DNA of 20,000 nucleotides from Elsinoe ampelina (taxonomy: Eukaryota), in the NCBI GenBank assembly GCA_010093995.1, contig ML992503.1:2033956-2053955 (forward strand), in the 5' to 3' direction. The notes under the pieces are model-generated. The model ran no database searches, was not told the DNA's origin, and saw nothing but the letters and a program-made list of their open reading frames with translations. The translations under genes and the position numbers were made by a program. Shown here piece after piece: positions 19,431 through 20,000 of the stretch (the stretch's first letter is position 1; each line of letters opens with the position of its first letter).

Positions 19431-20000
19431 ATTAGCTAATTACTAAGTTGTATTAATATACTTAAGCTTAATTGCTTTAAGTTTATACTACTCTCTATAG
19501 TAATAATTCCTTAAATTGATATACTTAGATCTCCTTAAATTAGTATAATCTCTTACAAGTTTAATAGCTAACTTATTATTAATAAAGACTATAGTTAAGC
19601 TAAGGTAAATATTAGTAAGTAGCCTAAGTTTAATAATAAGATTTCTTAACTAATTAATCTCTCTATAGGTCTTAGTAAGGGTAAGGTATTTAGCCTTAGT
19701 ACTTAATAACACAATAATCTTCTATAGCTTTAACTTCTAAATAACTAGTATACTAAGTATGTAAATAATAGTACTAGATATAGATCTTGTAGTTAATCTA
19801 TCTCTAGCAAAGTCTAAGTTAGAGTAGGCCTTAATTATATCAACTAATAGTCTATTAGTCTTCTTAAAGGTAAGGCCCTTTATAATAGTCCTATTAATAT
19901 ACCTCTAGATCTACTTAGCTATAACTACATAAGCTATAGTTAGATTCTAAAGGAACCTAGCTAGGTAATTAGTAGTATAGCTAATATTAGGCCTTATGTT
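19431..20000 (-). pseudogene. pol: Copia pol remnant: RT C-terminus and RNase H (RIP-mutated)
   Basis: Single minus frame: NIRPNISYTTNYLARFL*N...AK*I*RYINRT...AYSNLDFARDRLTTRSISS...VI*KLKL*KIIVLLSTKAKY...FINNKLAIK...RRSKYINLRNYY.RE*...YINTT**LAN. This corresponds to TRPDIAY / YSDSDFAGD / WKSK-Q..VxLSSTEAEY / DNKSAI / RSKHID / QLAD after reversing G>A and C>T changes. Confidence 0.93.

Larger units (their letters stand above)
17478..20000 (-). mobile_element. Ty1/Copia LTR retrotransposon, RIP-inactivated, 3' part (continues beyond the window)
   Basis: Abrupt shift to AT-rich, TpA-rich, CpA/TpG-depleted DNA; Copia RT/RNase H remnants at 19431-20000; PPT and LTR at the left end in the matching orientation. 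An N gap at 19090-19430 separates the parts. Confidence 0.9.

Noticed and set aside
17478..20000. AT-rich block as possible horizontally acquired or organellar DNA
   Set aside because: TpA excess and Copia motifs recoverable by reversing C>T and G>A changes explain it as RIP.
1..20000. CRISPR arrays, tRNA or rRNA genes
   Set aside because: No repeat-spacer structure or RNA-gene signatures were seen, and the sequence is fungal nuclear DNA.

Overview
Eukaryotic DNA from a filamentous ascomycete (short GT-AG introns with CTRAY branch points, plus RIP-type mutation; possibly a Dothideomycete, which the sequence alone cannot settle). Bases ~650-16900 hold seven protein-coding genes: a DUF4246 protein (with a GC-AG intron), an acid ceramidase/NAAA-like Ntn-hydrolase, a MirB/SIT siderophore-iron transporter with a perfect SreA box upstream, a Cys-rich GPI-anchored cell-surface protein, a secreted GH5_7 beta-mannanase/mannosidase, a GT31 glycosyltransferase, and a Dal5-family (Soa1/AstA-like) MFS transporter whose first intron lacks its AG acceptor. 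From 17478 to the end lies a heavily RIP-mutated Ty1/Copia LTR retrotransposon on the minus strand, interrupted by a 341-N gap: RT C-terminus/RNase H at 19431-20000, then a polypurine tract and a 142-bp 3' LTR. The most striking observation is in the long region between RNase H and the PPT. It carries a RIP-degraded, intron-containing gene antisense to the element, with a DUF3716-like Cys motif, which suggests a Copia element carrying an antisense spliced accessory gene.
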